Below, in pieces: positions 38,529-52,535 of a DNA stretch of 64,000 nt. The stretch comes from the human T2T-CHM13v2.0 reference genome, Homo sapiens. A program made the position numbers and the translations under genes. Numbering within the stretch: the stretch's first letter is position 1; the number at the start of each line of letters is the position of its first letter. Under the pieces are notes generated by a model. The model saw only the letters and a program-made list of their open reading frames with translations. It searched no databases and was not told the DNA's origin. The stretch lies in the NCBI RefSeq assembly GCF_009914755.1, contig NC_060929.1. One strand, given 5' to 3'.

Positions 38529-40467
38529 TACCTGGCATATATTTTAGCCTTGGTATTCCATGTAACACTTTAATTTTATTATAATAAGTTCCTCTTTATA
38601 AGGTAATTTCAGGTGCGTTTTAGTTCAAATCTGAAGAGACATGCACACTAAAGATGAGACATCAGTCTTAATAATATTAGGAACTCGAATAAGTTGGGGA
38701 AATTTGAGTGGAGTCTGCGGAACAATGGCAATAATGTGTCAATTTTAAATTTTTTATTTTTTAACAAGGTTTTTTGTAATACGGGAAAATGCCTCTAATT
38801 TATAGGAATTGCACACAAAAATATTTTGGAGGAATGGAGTATCATGTCAAGAACTCACACTTCAATGAATATAACATTTTTTATATTGCAATTTAACAGG
38901 TGGTTGATATATGAGTAAAATATTTATAGCATGTACTCCAGACACAGGGGACTAATGAAAGTGAGGAACTATAGATGAGAAAGTCCAATAGAAGCATGAA
39001 TAAAAAATAATATTAGACAATTAAGTATAGAAAAGGTTAGTCAAACTAATTAGTAAAGATGAGAATGCTAATTAAAGAGAAAGAGAAAAAAGAAGTTGGG
39101 ACAGAGAGAGAGAGGGAGAGACTACTCTATATTCTACAAACTTGACAATATTTTCATTTTAAATGCAGATATAGTACTGTATAATCTGCCAAATGGAAAA
39201 TGTATTTATTTTAAATATGAATAATATCAAGATATCAAGTGCTGGCAATGGTATAGGGAAAAAGACTCCTTTATTCCATCCTGGTAGTATGATAAATGAT
39301 TCGCCCATCCTATGAAGTGATTTTGTAATTCTCAATTATATGGCAATTCTGCTCATGGATATGTAACCTAACTAATCAATTAATGTATTTATTTATGGTA
39401 TACACACACAGACACACACATATATTCAAAAGTAACATATATAAGGATGTTAATTGCAATATTACCTATAATAGCAAATAGTATAAGCAAACAACTATAA
39501 CATTAGATAGTTTAAATGTATGAAAATGAATGACATCTCCTAAAAGAAGTAAGATACATGAATTAAAACTATGTATATCAATATGTATTGATTTTAAGTA
39601 TGTTGACAAAAACTGGAAATAGAGGTATAATGCATAAATATATTTTTGCTAGCTTATTACACAAGCTTGATTGTGTAATAAGGAATGTGGGCTAAGGAAT
39701 GTCAGGATGTAGTCTTAGTGACTGAGGATAAAGGGAATTAAAAAAATCAAAACATGTATCGATCAAGCCAAATTTATTCACCTGTCACCTAACAACCACC
39801 ACAATTATCTAGGCTTTCTTTACTTACAGATCAGGAACCACTCTTTGTGGCAAATTTTTAAAGTTCTTTGGAAACTTTATAATTATAATTATGCTTTCCT
39901 ATTCTGGATGATTTCTAAAATTATGCCATAAATCTACAAATCTGATCTCTATTAGAAGGCAAATAATGCTGTAATAAATCAACACTTAAAATGTCAGAAT
40001 TACTCAGTTCAATTTATTTCCATTTCTTTCTAGAAAGTTGTTTTAAAAGCAGAATAAGAAGACATAATGAAGACACTAACTATCACAAGATTGTGATCTT
40101 CTGGGCTGTGGCAACTAAACATATTTAATCTTTCTCTCTTGGTGCCTTATATATAGGTCCTCAATATATATTTGCTTTATTAATTAGTAAATAAAGTTTA
40201 AAAGTTCAAGACAGAGAAAATGGAGATGATATAACTTTTGACAAAATATATTTAATAGTAATTAGAAATGAACATAAATATGTTCATTACTTATTACTGA
40301 TCAGGATTCAGCACAACCTGAAAAATCAGCTGCTTAGACATGAATTACTGAAAACAACTTTCACACATTATTGGGCTGATAATTTTTAATTAAACAGACT
40401 ATTTGTGTGGCTATGACTTGAACAAACATTATTTTGGTGATTATTTTTAAGATGGTCTCAATGAAGA

Positions 40468-40728
40468 AAGTGGCATTACAATACTGCTTAAAAGTACAGG
40501 GTCTGGAAGCCAAGTTACCTTGTTTTATATCCATATCCCCCTACACAGCAGCTGTGTGACTTTGAGCAGGCTGTCTCATCTTTCAAATGGAAACAATAAT
40601 ATCTACCTAAAAGTTTTTTTTTTTCCTTTGGCAGGGGATGTGTTAAACAAGTTGATATTTGCAAAAATCTTAGAAAAGTGTCAGGCATGTAATAAACATT
40701 ATGCAAGTTTTTGCATTAATTACTATTA
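40468..40728 (+). mobile_element. MIR
   Basis: 'agctgtgtgactttgagcagg...catctttcaaatggaaacaataatatctacc...cttagaaaagtgtcaggcatgtaataaac'. Confidence 0.75.
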
Positions 40729-42645
40729 TGCTTTTGAGCAGAGTAATTGCTGAAATGATTCACAATATATTAACCAGGCTAAGCAGAAGACACGTTGACT
40801 CATGAAACCTACAGCCATCTTCCTCCAATTCTATCTCTATTCCTGAATATAATTCCATGCTACACTCTCATTCATTCCTTTTTACCTATTCTTTTCAGAG
40901 CTGCTTTCTAAATTACTTACAAATTAGCTTCTATCACTAAAATTTATAAGGCCATTGAAATGAATGCACATAGTCTCAACTTTTTGTTCATTTTTTTTTA
41001 TATTCTTCTATGGTGTTTGCACAGAGTCAATGCATAATTAAACCAGTTGACTAAATATAGTAAAAGTGTTTCAGATGCTAGAGCCATTTCTATTTTTGCT
41101 TATGTGTTTTAAATACTGAGAAAAATGTTTTATAATAATATTCACTCAATTATTTGATATTGAATAGTATTCTATGCAAAATCAGGAAATTAATTAGTAT
41201 AGAGTTGGTATTTATAAAGTTATATAAATTTATTAGATCTAATACATATAGATTCTCATGTTATAATACATATATATTCTTTGGCTATTTGGAAACACAG
41301 ATAACCAATTCCAAGAAAGAATATGATTACACAATCCACCATCATGCCACCTAAGATTATACAGTGCTGTTGAAAAGGAAATAGATTTCTGGGTATTTTC
41401 TATGTGTATATGACACAAATGTTTCTATAAACCCATTTGTAACATTGAATGAAATAACTTCATGCTGAGTAATGCTTTAACTAACCATTAACATGATTCA
41501 AAAAACAATAATGTGATTTGGGTTTGTTGCAAGAGCCATTTCTACTTATGATGCTGGAGAAGCTCAGCACACCTAACGGAGGTGTCTGACTATTTGCTTT
41601 AAAATATTGCTCACAACAAAGGAATTTCACAGTGACATTTCTTATGTAGTGCTGACAATAGCATCATATGCTTCATCTTATGGAGTGCTTAGTAATCAGA
41701 TGTTCAAAAGCATTCAGCCCTAGTCAACAGAAGGAAGGGTGATTTCAATGACAGAATTGATAATAAATGTCCTCCCGGCGAGCATTTACATAATCATGGG
41801 AATGGAAAGGATCATTACTTGTCATTTATTATTTTACTATGTCCTTTGGAAAATACTATAGATGAATCTATTCATCCATCCTCCTCTACAGATTACACTA
41901 ATGGTGCTCATCTTTACAAGCCACTTTGTAATCTCCATAATAAGAACAGTTTAGACTCTGAAAGAAACCTTTATTTATCTAATTGTTAAACATATTTTAA
42001 TGATATAGCTAAAAAATAACACGGATTCAAGAAACATTCTTTAATAGGGTATGTGTCCTTATATGCATTTCTTTTCTTAAGGTTAAATAACTTTAGGGAA
42101 GAGTCCACTCTGAATTGCAAAATGCAATTTGTCTTTAGTTCTTTAATATCCTATGTTACTAGTTCCTTGATATATTTTATTTGAAATATGATTAAATACT
42201 TCTTTCTAAATATATAATTTATGTCTATGTGAGATACATAACAAAGGAATCAAAGATCAATAATTAAAAATATTTTGTCGATGTGTTGTTAAATATTGTA
42301 ATATGTTTGTAGTAACCCCTAAATAACTTTCTGCTTACTTCTCTCCATTGTGCTGTGAAAGGTATACTACCCAAGTGACCAACTATAGAACTGATGCTTC
42401 TTCTGACTCTTTCCTGAGGTGGTTTATTTGCTTCTGAGTTGGACCATCAACTGGAGTAACTGCAACTAGTAAAACCTGCTCTCAAGCCATATTTTATAAT
42501 TGTAAATTAGTTTTTCCAAACCACCCATAATCAAATAGATTACCTCACTGAATACACACATACACACTTGTTAGAGTATAAACTTGAATTCCCTCTGTCT
42601 CCACGTGTGTGTATATACATATACATATACATATGTATGTATGTA

Positions 42646-45015
42646 TGTATGAGTCCATTCTCACCCTGCTATGAGGAAATATCTGAGTGCCTGAGATGGG
42701 GTAATTAATAAAGAAAAGAAGTGTACTCACAGTTCTGCTTTGGTGGGGAGGCTTCAGGAAACTTAACATCATGGTGGAAGGCAAAGGAGAAGCAGGCACT
42801 TCCTTCACATGGTGGCAAGACGGAGAGAGTGCAAGCAGGGGAAATGACAGATACTTATAAAACCATCAGATTTTGTGAGAACTCACTCCTTATGGTGAGA
42901 ACAGCATAGGGGAAACTGCCCCCATGATCCACTTACCTCCACCTGCTCCCATCTTTGACACATAGAGATTACAGGGATTTCAATTTGAGGTGAGATTTGG
43001 GTGGGAATACAGAGCCAAGCTATATTATTCTGCCCCTGATCCCTCAAAAATCTAATGGCTTTTTATATCTCAAACCCAATCATGCCTTCTCAACAGTCCC
43101 CCAAAGTCTTAAATGGGCTTAACTCATTTCAGCATTAACTCAGAAGTCCACAGTCCAAAGTTTCATCTGAGACAAGGCAAGTCCTATCTATCTTTGAGCC
43201 TGTAAACTCAAAAACAAGTTAGTTACTTCCTAGATACAATGGGAGTATGGGCATTGGATAAATACTCCAATTACAAATGGAAGAAATTTGCCACAACGAA
43301 GGTGCTAGAGGCCCCATGCACGTACAAAATCCAGAAGGGCAGTCATTAAACCTTAAAGTTGCAAAATGATCTCCTTTGACTCCATGAGTCATATCTACAT
43401 TAAGTTGATGCAAGAGGTCACCATCCAAGGCCTTGGGCAGCCCTGTCCCTGTGGCTCTGCAGGGTGCAACCACACTCCTGGCTGCTTTCACAGGCTGGCA
43501 TTGAATGTCTGGAGCTTTTCCAGGCTCAGTGCAAGCTGTTGGCAGAGCTACCATTCTGGGGTCTGGAGAATGGTGGCCATCTTCTCACAGCTCCACTAGG
43601 TGGTGAACCAATAGGGAATCTGTGGGGGGACTCCAACCACACATTTCCCTTCCACACTACCCTAGTAGAGTTTCTCCATGAGGCCTCCACCCCTATAGCA
43701 AACTTCTGCCCAGATATCCAGATGTTTCCATAAATCCTCTGAAATCTAGGCAGAGGTTCCCAAACCTCCATTCTAGACTTCTGTGTACCCACCGGCTGAA
43801 CACCACATGTAAGCTGCCAAGGCTTGGAGGTTGCACCCTCTAAAGCAATGGCCTGAGCTGGGATGCAGGGCACCAAGTCCTGACTGCACAAAGCAGCAAA
43901 GCCCTGGGCCTGGACCAAGAAATCATTATTTTCTCCTAGGCCTCTGAGCCTGTGATGATAGGGGCTTCCTCAAAGATCTCTGACATACCCTGGAGACATT
44001 TTCCCCACTGTCTTGGCAATTAACATTGGGCTCCTTGTTACTTATGCAACTTTCTGCAGCAGGCTTGAATTTCTCTCCAGAAAATGCGGTTTTGTTTTCT
44101 ATAGCATCATCAGGCTGCAAATTTTCCAAACTTTTATGCCCTGCATCCTCTTGAACATTTCATCACTTAGAAATTTCCTCCTCCTCATCTCTCTCAAGTT
44201 CAAACTTCCACGGATATCTAGAGCAGGGCAAAATGCTGCCAGTTTCTTTGGTAAAGCACAGCAAGAGTCACCTTTGCTCCAGTTCCCAATAAGTTCCTCA
44301 TCTCCATCTGAGACCACCTCAGCCTGGACTGCATTGTCCATATCACTGTCAGCCTTTTGGTTAAAGCCATTCAACAAGTCTCTAGGAAGTTCTGAACTTT
44401 CACACATCTTTCTATCTTCTTTTGAGCTCTCTGAACTGTTTCAATCTCTGCCCATTACCTAGTTGCAAAGTCAATTCCACATTTTGGTTATTTTTATTGC
44501 AGCCCCTCACTACCTCAGTACCAATTTACTCTATTAGTCCATTCTCACACTGGTATGAAGAAATACATGAGTACCTGAGTTGGGGTAATTTATAAAAGAA
44601 AGAGGTTTAACTGACTGACAGTTTCACATTGCTGAGGAGGCCTCAGGAAACTTACAATCATGGTGGAAGTCAAAGAAGAAGCAGGCACCTTCATCAAAGA
44701 TGGCAGGATGAATTCAGTGCAGGCAGGGGAAATGCCACATGACTATAAAACCATCATATCTTGCTGGAACTCACTATTATAGAACAGCATGGGGGAAACT
44801 GCCCCCATGATCCAATTACCTACACTTGACTCTGCCTTTGACACATGGGGTTTATAAGGATTACAATTTAAGGTGAGATTTGGGTGGGCACAAAGAGCCA
44901 AACCACAGATAGAAAGAGCCAAACCATAGATAGGCAGCCCTTGACACATGGGGTTTATGAGGATTACAATTCAAGGTGAGATTTGGGTGGGCACAAAGAG
45001 CCAAACCATAGATAG
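42646..45015 (-). mobile_element. THE1D MaLR provirus (LTR 42646-43027, internal 43028-44529, LTR 44530-~44908 plus duplicated LTR tip)
   Basis: Two LTRs with 'gcaggggaaatg..ataaaaccatca..gagatttgggtggg'; ~1.5 kb internal with MaLR ORF remnants 'VQAEVVSDGDEELIGNWSKGDSC'. Confidence 0.9.
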
Positions 45016-46052
45016 ATAGATGGTAGAGTATCTTACATTAGAAATATGTGCACAAGAAAAGAGGCGAGACAAAGCAAAACATAGAATACGGGTCACAAAT
45101 GAAGGAAACTATAAAATACATCCTGAAAGAATACAACATTAACCTCAGCTACTTGCAAGGTATAAAGTAAAAATTTTAAAATTTTGATCACATGCCAAAG
45201 TATTTCTATTCAATAGCTTAAATATATATAAAAGATATACAAATTTTAAGACAAAAGACTACACCTGATGCTAAAGAGAAGAAAACAATTTACATTCTTA
45301 TAAAGATGTCATTAAGAACAAAGTTATGATTAACTCTATTAATAAATAATGCATTACCTTATTTCTTTCTATCATGTTATTGAATGCATACTGATAAGAA
45401 TCCCATAAAAATATATTTTATAGAAATATACATAATTTTCTGTGTTTGGCCCTTCAATAACATACTATAACCATGACTTAAAATTTTGCATATGATCTAT
45501 GTATGGCTCTTACCTACTGCTTCTTGTAAACAAATTGGGTCGGTAATGACCTCAGGAATGTGGTTATTGCTTTCAATGGAAATACAGATTTATTGAATTA
45601 TCATTTCAGTCTTAAACTTACCTGGATTTTTATAAAGAATTTTCTAGAGTTGTTACCTATTTCCTCCCTTTTTCCACTACGATATTTCATAGCAAACTCT
45701 CAGAATTCACATGTGAAATCCTAAAAGCCAAAATCTCTGTAATACCAAGGCTTTCGGGAAACTGTACAGTGCAAATAAAAATAAGTAGAATATTAAAATT
45801 TGCATTCAAATTAATATAAATATGTTTCTGGGAGAATGAATAATCATTTATGCAATGCATTTAACTAATTTTATATGATAGCAGTCTGACTTTTAGAATA
45901 TAGAAGTCAGTTAACAGATTTTTCTTGTCCTAGTTCAGAACTTTTGTGCACCTGTGCTTCTTCCATAAAACAAAGAAAAACTTGTTGTGACTAGTCGTAA
46001 TTTCAGCCATGGAGTTCCACACGTTCTTTGGTTTATATGATAGCAGTATATA

Positions 46053-46300
46053 GCATAGAGCAGTGGATTAGAGCACATACTCATGAAAGGTGCAAACAAT
46101 GTTGATCTTAATCTCTGCACCACTTACTACCTTTGGCTTTAGGCAAGTGAATTGATCTGTCTACTCCTCAATTTCTTCAGTTATAAAATGGAAATAATTA
46201 GGAAATATTCACCTTGGATTTGTGAGAATATTCACCATGGAATTATTATGAGACCTAAATGAGATATTGAATTTAAGATAGGCCTGGGACAAGGAAGTAA
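46053..46300 (+). mobile_element. MIR
   Basis: 'ctgcaccacttactacctttggctttaggcaagtga...cctcaatttcttcagttataaaatggaaataat'. Confidence 0.75.
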
Positions 46301-46959
46301 AATGTATAGATAAAGCAATAAAATGAGAGTTTTATCTGAAGCATCATGATAAAACAAACTAAAATTCCAAAGTGAAAAAAAGTTACACATAAATAGTGAC
46401 TGTTTTCACAACTTTTCAGTCTTTCATTCATATCCAGAACAGCAAGGAGTCATAAGCTTGTGAAAAGAGAGAAATTTTTACAATGTATTTTAAGGGCAAA
46501 GTTGTGATTTAAGTTCTACTTCTTTAACCCTAGGGGTACAAGGTGGGAAGTATCTAACCCTCTACTCAAGCCTTGTTGGTACACTGAGATAATTTGATAT
46601 AGATTCCTTGTATCTAGGGGAATGCAGTGACCTGGGTCTGACTTCCATCTCAAGGAATGAGGAGGGCAAGAGAGATATTCTGTCAAGTTGCCTGGAAGGA
46701 AAAGCTAAGATAAGGTGGAAGGAAAAGCTAAGATAGGGTGTTGCTGTATCTAGAAAGTAGCTATACTCGGAACTGTAGGAAAATGAGATGAGACTGAATA
46801 TTTACCAAGGACCTAGTGTGGACCACACATGAGATAAAGCTATTTTCATGCTGGTTCAAGGTTTGACTTGTAAAACTTACTTTAAGGGGCCAAGGAACTC
46901 TAAAGTGGAGTGTTTTGTGTGAAGTGGAGGTGTCAGAATCTGGAACAGAGAAGAAAGTA

Positions 46960-47339
46960 TGTATTAGTCTGTTCTCTCATTGCTATAAAGAACTACCTGA
47001 GATTGGGTAGTTTATAAAGAAAATAGGTTTAAATGACTCACAGTTCTACAGGCTGTACAGGAAGCATGTCTGGAGAGGCCTCAGGAAACTTACAATCATG
47101 CCGGAAGGTGAAGGGAAAGCAGGCATCTCTTACATGGCTGGGGAAGGAGGAAGAGAGTGAATGGGGAGGTGCCACACACTTTTAAACAATGAAATCTTGT
47201 GAGAACTCACTATCAAGAGAACAGCAAGGAGGAAATCTGCCCCCATGATTCAATTACCTCCAAACAGGACCATTCTTCAACACTGTGGATTACAATTCAA
47301 CATGAGATTTGGGTGGGGACACAAATCTAAACCATATCA
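46960..47339 (-). mobile_element. MSTA solo LTR
   Basis: TGTATTAGTC...CCATATCA, diagnostic 'caggctgtacaggaagcatg'; TSD aagta / gagta. Confidence 0.9.
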
Positions 47340-47641
47340 GAGTAGCATGACCAAGACCACAGGATTTTCACCTGGAGGGTCCTAGTAGAAGGCATCTACA
47401 TGAGAAAGTCAGTGCATCTGCAAACCACCATACAAATGCATTCCATGAATAAGATTATGTTCTTCCTCTTGTCATCACTCATCGTGGGCCATCCCAGAAA
47501 GCTTCGGCAACTTAGATCGTCAACTCAAGAAAGGAGAAATGCTAAGTGGGAAACAGAATGCTAAAGGAAAATGCCTCTTCATAGCAAGCAGCCAGATTGC
47601 AGTATGCTCCAGCTTGGGACAGAGATTTTACCAAAGAAACA

Positions 47642-47642
<1 letters not shown>

Positions 47643-47733
<91 letters not shown>
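47643..47733. repeat. (TG)n(TA)n(GA)n compound microsatellite
   Basis: Direct observation. Confidence 0.95.
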
Positions 47734-47736
<3 letters not shown>

Positions 47737-49001
47737 GCATTTTGAGAAACTGATTTTTGAATTGAAGTTGCAATTCTGAAATTAATCATAGTTCTGCCTA
47801 ATACCTAAATGTGAACTAAGGAAACTGATGTATTATTTTCAAGTTTTTATCAAGGTAGGGGAGCCTCCACCACTCCACACATTTTAAAATGACAGAATGA
47901 AATAAAAGTAAAGTTGCATTTTGGCACATCATTTTTGTTAGACTTGTTCAACTACCTTACAAGTTATTTGGTTCAGAGAGCTAGGGCCTTTATTTATGAA
48001 TTAGTTTTGAATGCAAGTTTTATGTTTGAAAACTCAGGGAGTTGGGTTTATATCTAAAATCTTCATTAAGGACCTAAGAAATACAAATTAATAAAAGCAT
48101 ACATTCTTTGGCTCAAAAAATCATGAACTATTCTCATTAATATTTTATTGCAAATTTAGACAAGTTTATCATTCTATCCTGTGTTCCTAAACACAGGATT
48201 AGAATATTATTTGCTTTTTAAATTAAGGTATATTTTTTCTCCATTTGAATATATTGCACCCAATTTAATCTCCATATTTCCAATCACCAACAACCTTCAA
48301 TAGTTTACTCTGAAATGCTATACATTAGTTAACCAAAGGCAATCATGAGTGTTATATCACCTTGTGTAATATCAATCTTGGGCTTTCTGGCTTCTAACAA
48401 AGCCCAGCCATTAAAATCAATAACCACGTTAACTTAAGTTCAGGACACTTTAAAGTTTTGCATATGTTTTTCTAGAAAATCTAGCTCAGTACATTATACT
48501 TTTGTTTTTCTAAGGACAATTTTCCATAATGGGATAACATTTCCAAAAGTGAGATTTGCAGCATAATGATATTAATGATAGATATAAATTCATATTACAA
48601 ATATTTATCATATCCAATACAAGTTCTTCATAATTATCTCAACTCATAAAATTATCTTTTTGATATTTTGAGCAACAAATTACATGACAAAATAGATACT
48701 AAGGAGGATCACTCTATTATTCAACATGAACCTGAAATTTTGTTCGACTTAATTTTAATACTCGATAGTCATAATAATTGAGCACTTTTTTTGGCTGATC
48801 AAAAATCTTGGATCTATGCCAAGTTCTTCTTTATTCTTAACAATCTAAGGAGTTAAATTTTGGCCTTTTTTGTAAGAACTGGCTCACTATTTTAGCCATC
48901 TGAGGTGTTTATGTATATGATATGTGCTCTTAAGCATAAGGACATAGTTTTTCCATGTCCTTTTACACTGCTTGATTCAGAAATTCTCTATTCCTTTACT
49001 T

Positions 49002-51230
49002 AAAAAAAAGACTTCATTTTCAGAGTAGTTGTAGGTTTGTAGAAAAATTGAGCAGAAAACACATAGAATTCCCGTCTGCCACCCAACAGTTTCCCCTATT
49101 AGTATCTTGCATTAGTGCAATACATTTGTTCCGACTGATGAGTCAATGCTGGTGCCTTTTATTAACTAAATTTGATAGTTTACATTAGAGTTCACTTCTT
49201 GTATTGTATATTCTATAGATTTTAACAAATATATAATAACATGTATCCACTATTACAATACCATACAAAATACTTTTATTGCCCTAAAACTACCCTGAGT
49301 TCCACTTACTCATCCCTGTTTCTCCCTGAACCCCTGGCAATGACTAATTCACTACTGTCCCTATAGTTTTGACTTTTCCAAACTATCACACAATTGAAAC
49401 CATACAATTTGTAGCCTTTTCAAATTGATTTATTTCACTTAGTAATATGCAATTAGGGTATCTCCACATTTTTTATGGCCTAGGAGCTCATTTTTTTCAT
49501 CATTAAATAACAGTTCATTGTAGGAACATACCACAGTTTGTGTATCCATTTTCCTAGGTTTAAATTGTTTTCCTTTCTCTAGATTCCTTTGGTGGAAGCT
49601 TATATTATTAATACTTTATCTTTCTCCTTTGTCTAGGCATATCCCTGAAAGTACTGCTTTTACTGTGACCACAATATTGCTAAGTTGTATTTTAATATTC
49701 ATTTACTTCAAAATATTTTTTAAAATTTCCTGGAGGCATTTTTTCCCATCCATATATTATTTACAAGTATGTTGTATAATCTTCAAATATTTGAGAATTT
49801 TCTTTCTTTCTTTTATTTATCTCTAGTTAAATTTCATTGTGTTTAAAAATATACTTTGTAAGATTCCTATTCTTTTAATTTATTAAGGTGCGTTTTATAA
49901 GCCAGAATTTGGTATATTTCAGTGAATGTTTCATGTAATCTGGAAGAAAGTGTGTATTATTCCATTTTTTAATAAAATATTATGTAAAAGTTAATTAGAT
50001 AAACTTTGTTGATATTTCTTTTTAGGCCAACTCTATCTCTATGGATTTTTAAAATGTGGTGCATGCACACCAAGGAATACTATGCAACCATAGAAAGAAT
50101 GAGATCATGTCCTTTGCAGCAACATGGACAGTGCCAGAGGCCATTATCCTAAGGAAACTAATGCAGGAACAGGAAACTTATTTCCACATGCTCTCACTTA
50201 TAAGTGTTAGCTAAACATTGAGTACAGATGGATACATGTGGAGAGTGGAGGGCAGGAAGAGAGAAGAGGATCAGTAAGCAACCTATCAGGTACTATGTTT
50301 ATTACCTGGGTGATGAAACTATCTGTATACCAAACTCGCATGACACGCAATTTACCTATATAACAAACCTGCACATGTACCCTTGAATCTAAAATAAAAA
50401 ATAAAAAATAAAAAAAACAATTACTGAAAGCGAGGTGTTGAAGTTTGTAGCTGTGATACTGGTTTGTATGTTTCTCTTTGCAATTCTGGCCATTTCCAAA
50501 TATATGTTGATGCTTTGTTCTAGAAATATAGCTATCTGAGAATTGATCCCGTTATCATTATGTGATGTGGTGTACTGGCCTTTACTCCCTGATAATTTTC
50601 TTTGTTCTAACGTGTACTTGGTGTTGGTTTAAAATAGCCACCTCAGATTTCTGATTAGGGTTATCATGGTATATTTTTCTTCATAATTTTTCTGTTTTTA
50701 CAAAAGCATTATTCACATACAAGCCACCATCCCTTTATTTTTAACCAGAATCTTTATATTTAAAGATGGTTTATTGTAGTCAACCTAAAGTGAAGTATTC
50801 TGTTTTTCTTTAACTCTCAAATTCTCTTTAGTTTGGTTTATTTGACCATCCACACCTAAGGCAGTTATTGATTTAGTTGTGATATCTTACATGTCCATAA
50901 CTACTTTCTGTTTACCACACTTACTATTTATTTCCTCTCTTTTGTGTTCTGTGGTTTTAATTGAGCATTATATAAATCCGTTTTATTCCCTCTCTTATGT
51001 AAGTTTAATTTATGTTTTTATTTGTTCTAATTGTTGCTCTGGAGATTGAAAGATACATTTTGAACTAATCCACATACACCATCAAATCACACTATAATGT
51101 TTCCTTTCTAATGTAGGGACATTATAGCAGGTTATTTCCAATTCCTCCCTCCCACCCCTGTTGGCATTGTTGTCATTAATATCATTTACTCACATCTATA
51201 ATCACCTAATAGATTGTTAAATGTTTCAAC
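49002..51230 (-). mobile_element. Old L1MC/L1MD fragments (3' end ~49002-49555, then a more 5' segment)
   Basis: 'gtaggtttgtagaaaaattgagcagaaa...tagtttacattagagttcact...ccctggcaatgactaa'. Confidence 0.65.
50052..50417 (+). mobile_element. L1PA16-like 3' end with A-rich tail
   Basis: 'gagatcatgtcctttgcagcaacatgga...acctatcaggtactatg...tgacacgcaatttacctatataacaaacctgcacatgtaccc'. Confidence 0.85.
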
Positions 51231-51264
51231 GTAAAATTTCTCATGGAAAATTGTCAGTATTATG

Positions 51265-51635
51265 TATTTTATATATATTTAATGAATACATATATTATAT
51301 AATTATATATCTATATTATTTTTTACATTTAATATATTTAAATATATTAATATATTTATGTACTTAAATATATATTATAAAGAAAAATAAATACATATTA
51401 ACTATATAAATTTATATATTTAAATATATTTATATTTTGAAAATATATATATTTTAAAACATATAAATATATTTAAATATATAAATTTTAAAAATGTATT
51501 AAATATATGTTTAAATATATATTTATATTTTAAAAATGTATTAATTTATATATATATAATTATACATTTATATATTTATTTATATATATTTAAAATATAA
51601 ATATATATAGATTAAAAAATAAAAATATATAATTA
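51265..51635. repeat. Near-pure AT low-complexity tract (~370 bp)
   Basis: Direct observation. Confidence 0.9.
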
Positions 51636-52287
51636 ATTGACTTTGTTCTTGAAGCCCTGCTGGGAAAACAAAAGCCTCTTCAGGCAATGTGTTCTTAGAG
51701 CAAAGTTCAAAGAAAAATTATCCAATAGCTGCAGTTTTTCCTCACTGTCAATTTTCATGAAATTGCTGCAAAGATGGTACCTAGAAGTCTATCTATGTAC
51801 CTAGAAGTCTTCTGAAACATGATTTCAGAAGGTTTGCAGCCATGTGACATATGAGTTTTATGATTTCTTAGAGTCAATACACTTTTTCCTGTGGGAATAC
51901 ATTTGACATCTGTAATAGTATAATGGAAGCTAGTGTGAAAGTTTATTAGATTAAAACACCTATGAATTCTGCTTCTACACAAAATGAGGTAAATCGTTAT
52001 TAACTTAACGAATGCTCTACCCGACTGCCTTCATGTTATTTGTCTACTAGTATATTATCTATTCTAAAGAATGGTCTAATTCTACAATAAATGGAATGAA
52101 TCAGGGATAGCATATGTGTACTGTTCAAATCATTCAGCTCTGCTAGTGATTTTATTCATTTTTAAATCTATTAATTTAGCTTGTCTGACTATTGTATTCA
52201 CATGTAACTTATATATAAGTTTTATATTAACATATAATACAATATAAAGGCACTCTGGTTTTTAAAAAACTATACCAAAAAGAGTTA

Positions 52288-52535
52288 CAATAATAATGAA
52301 AGCTAATATTTTCTAAATTCTAGCAGTGTTATCAGAACTATCCTTCCTTAACAAATATTCTATTTAATCCCCTCAACAAATCTATATTGGGGATTTCATT
52401 ATAATCTTCACTTACAGTTTTGGAAAACGAGGTTCACATAGGTTAGGTAAACTTCCCAAGAGTTCAAGAGTTCACATGAAGGAGATAAGCTTCAACCCAA
52501 GCAGTAGTTTAAATCCAGAGCTGAGATTCTTAACA
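52288..52535 (-). mobile_element. MIR
   Basis: 'atttaatcccctcaacaaatctat...cacttacagttttggaaaacgaggttcacataggttaggtaaacttcccaag'. Confidence 0.7.

Noticed and set aside
43219-44462. Several 100-150 aa ORFs
   Set aside because: THE1D internal remnants and their antisense frames
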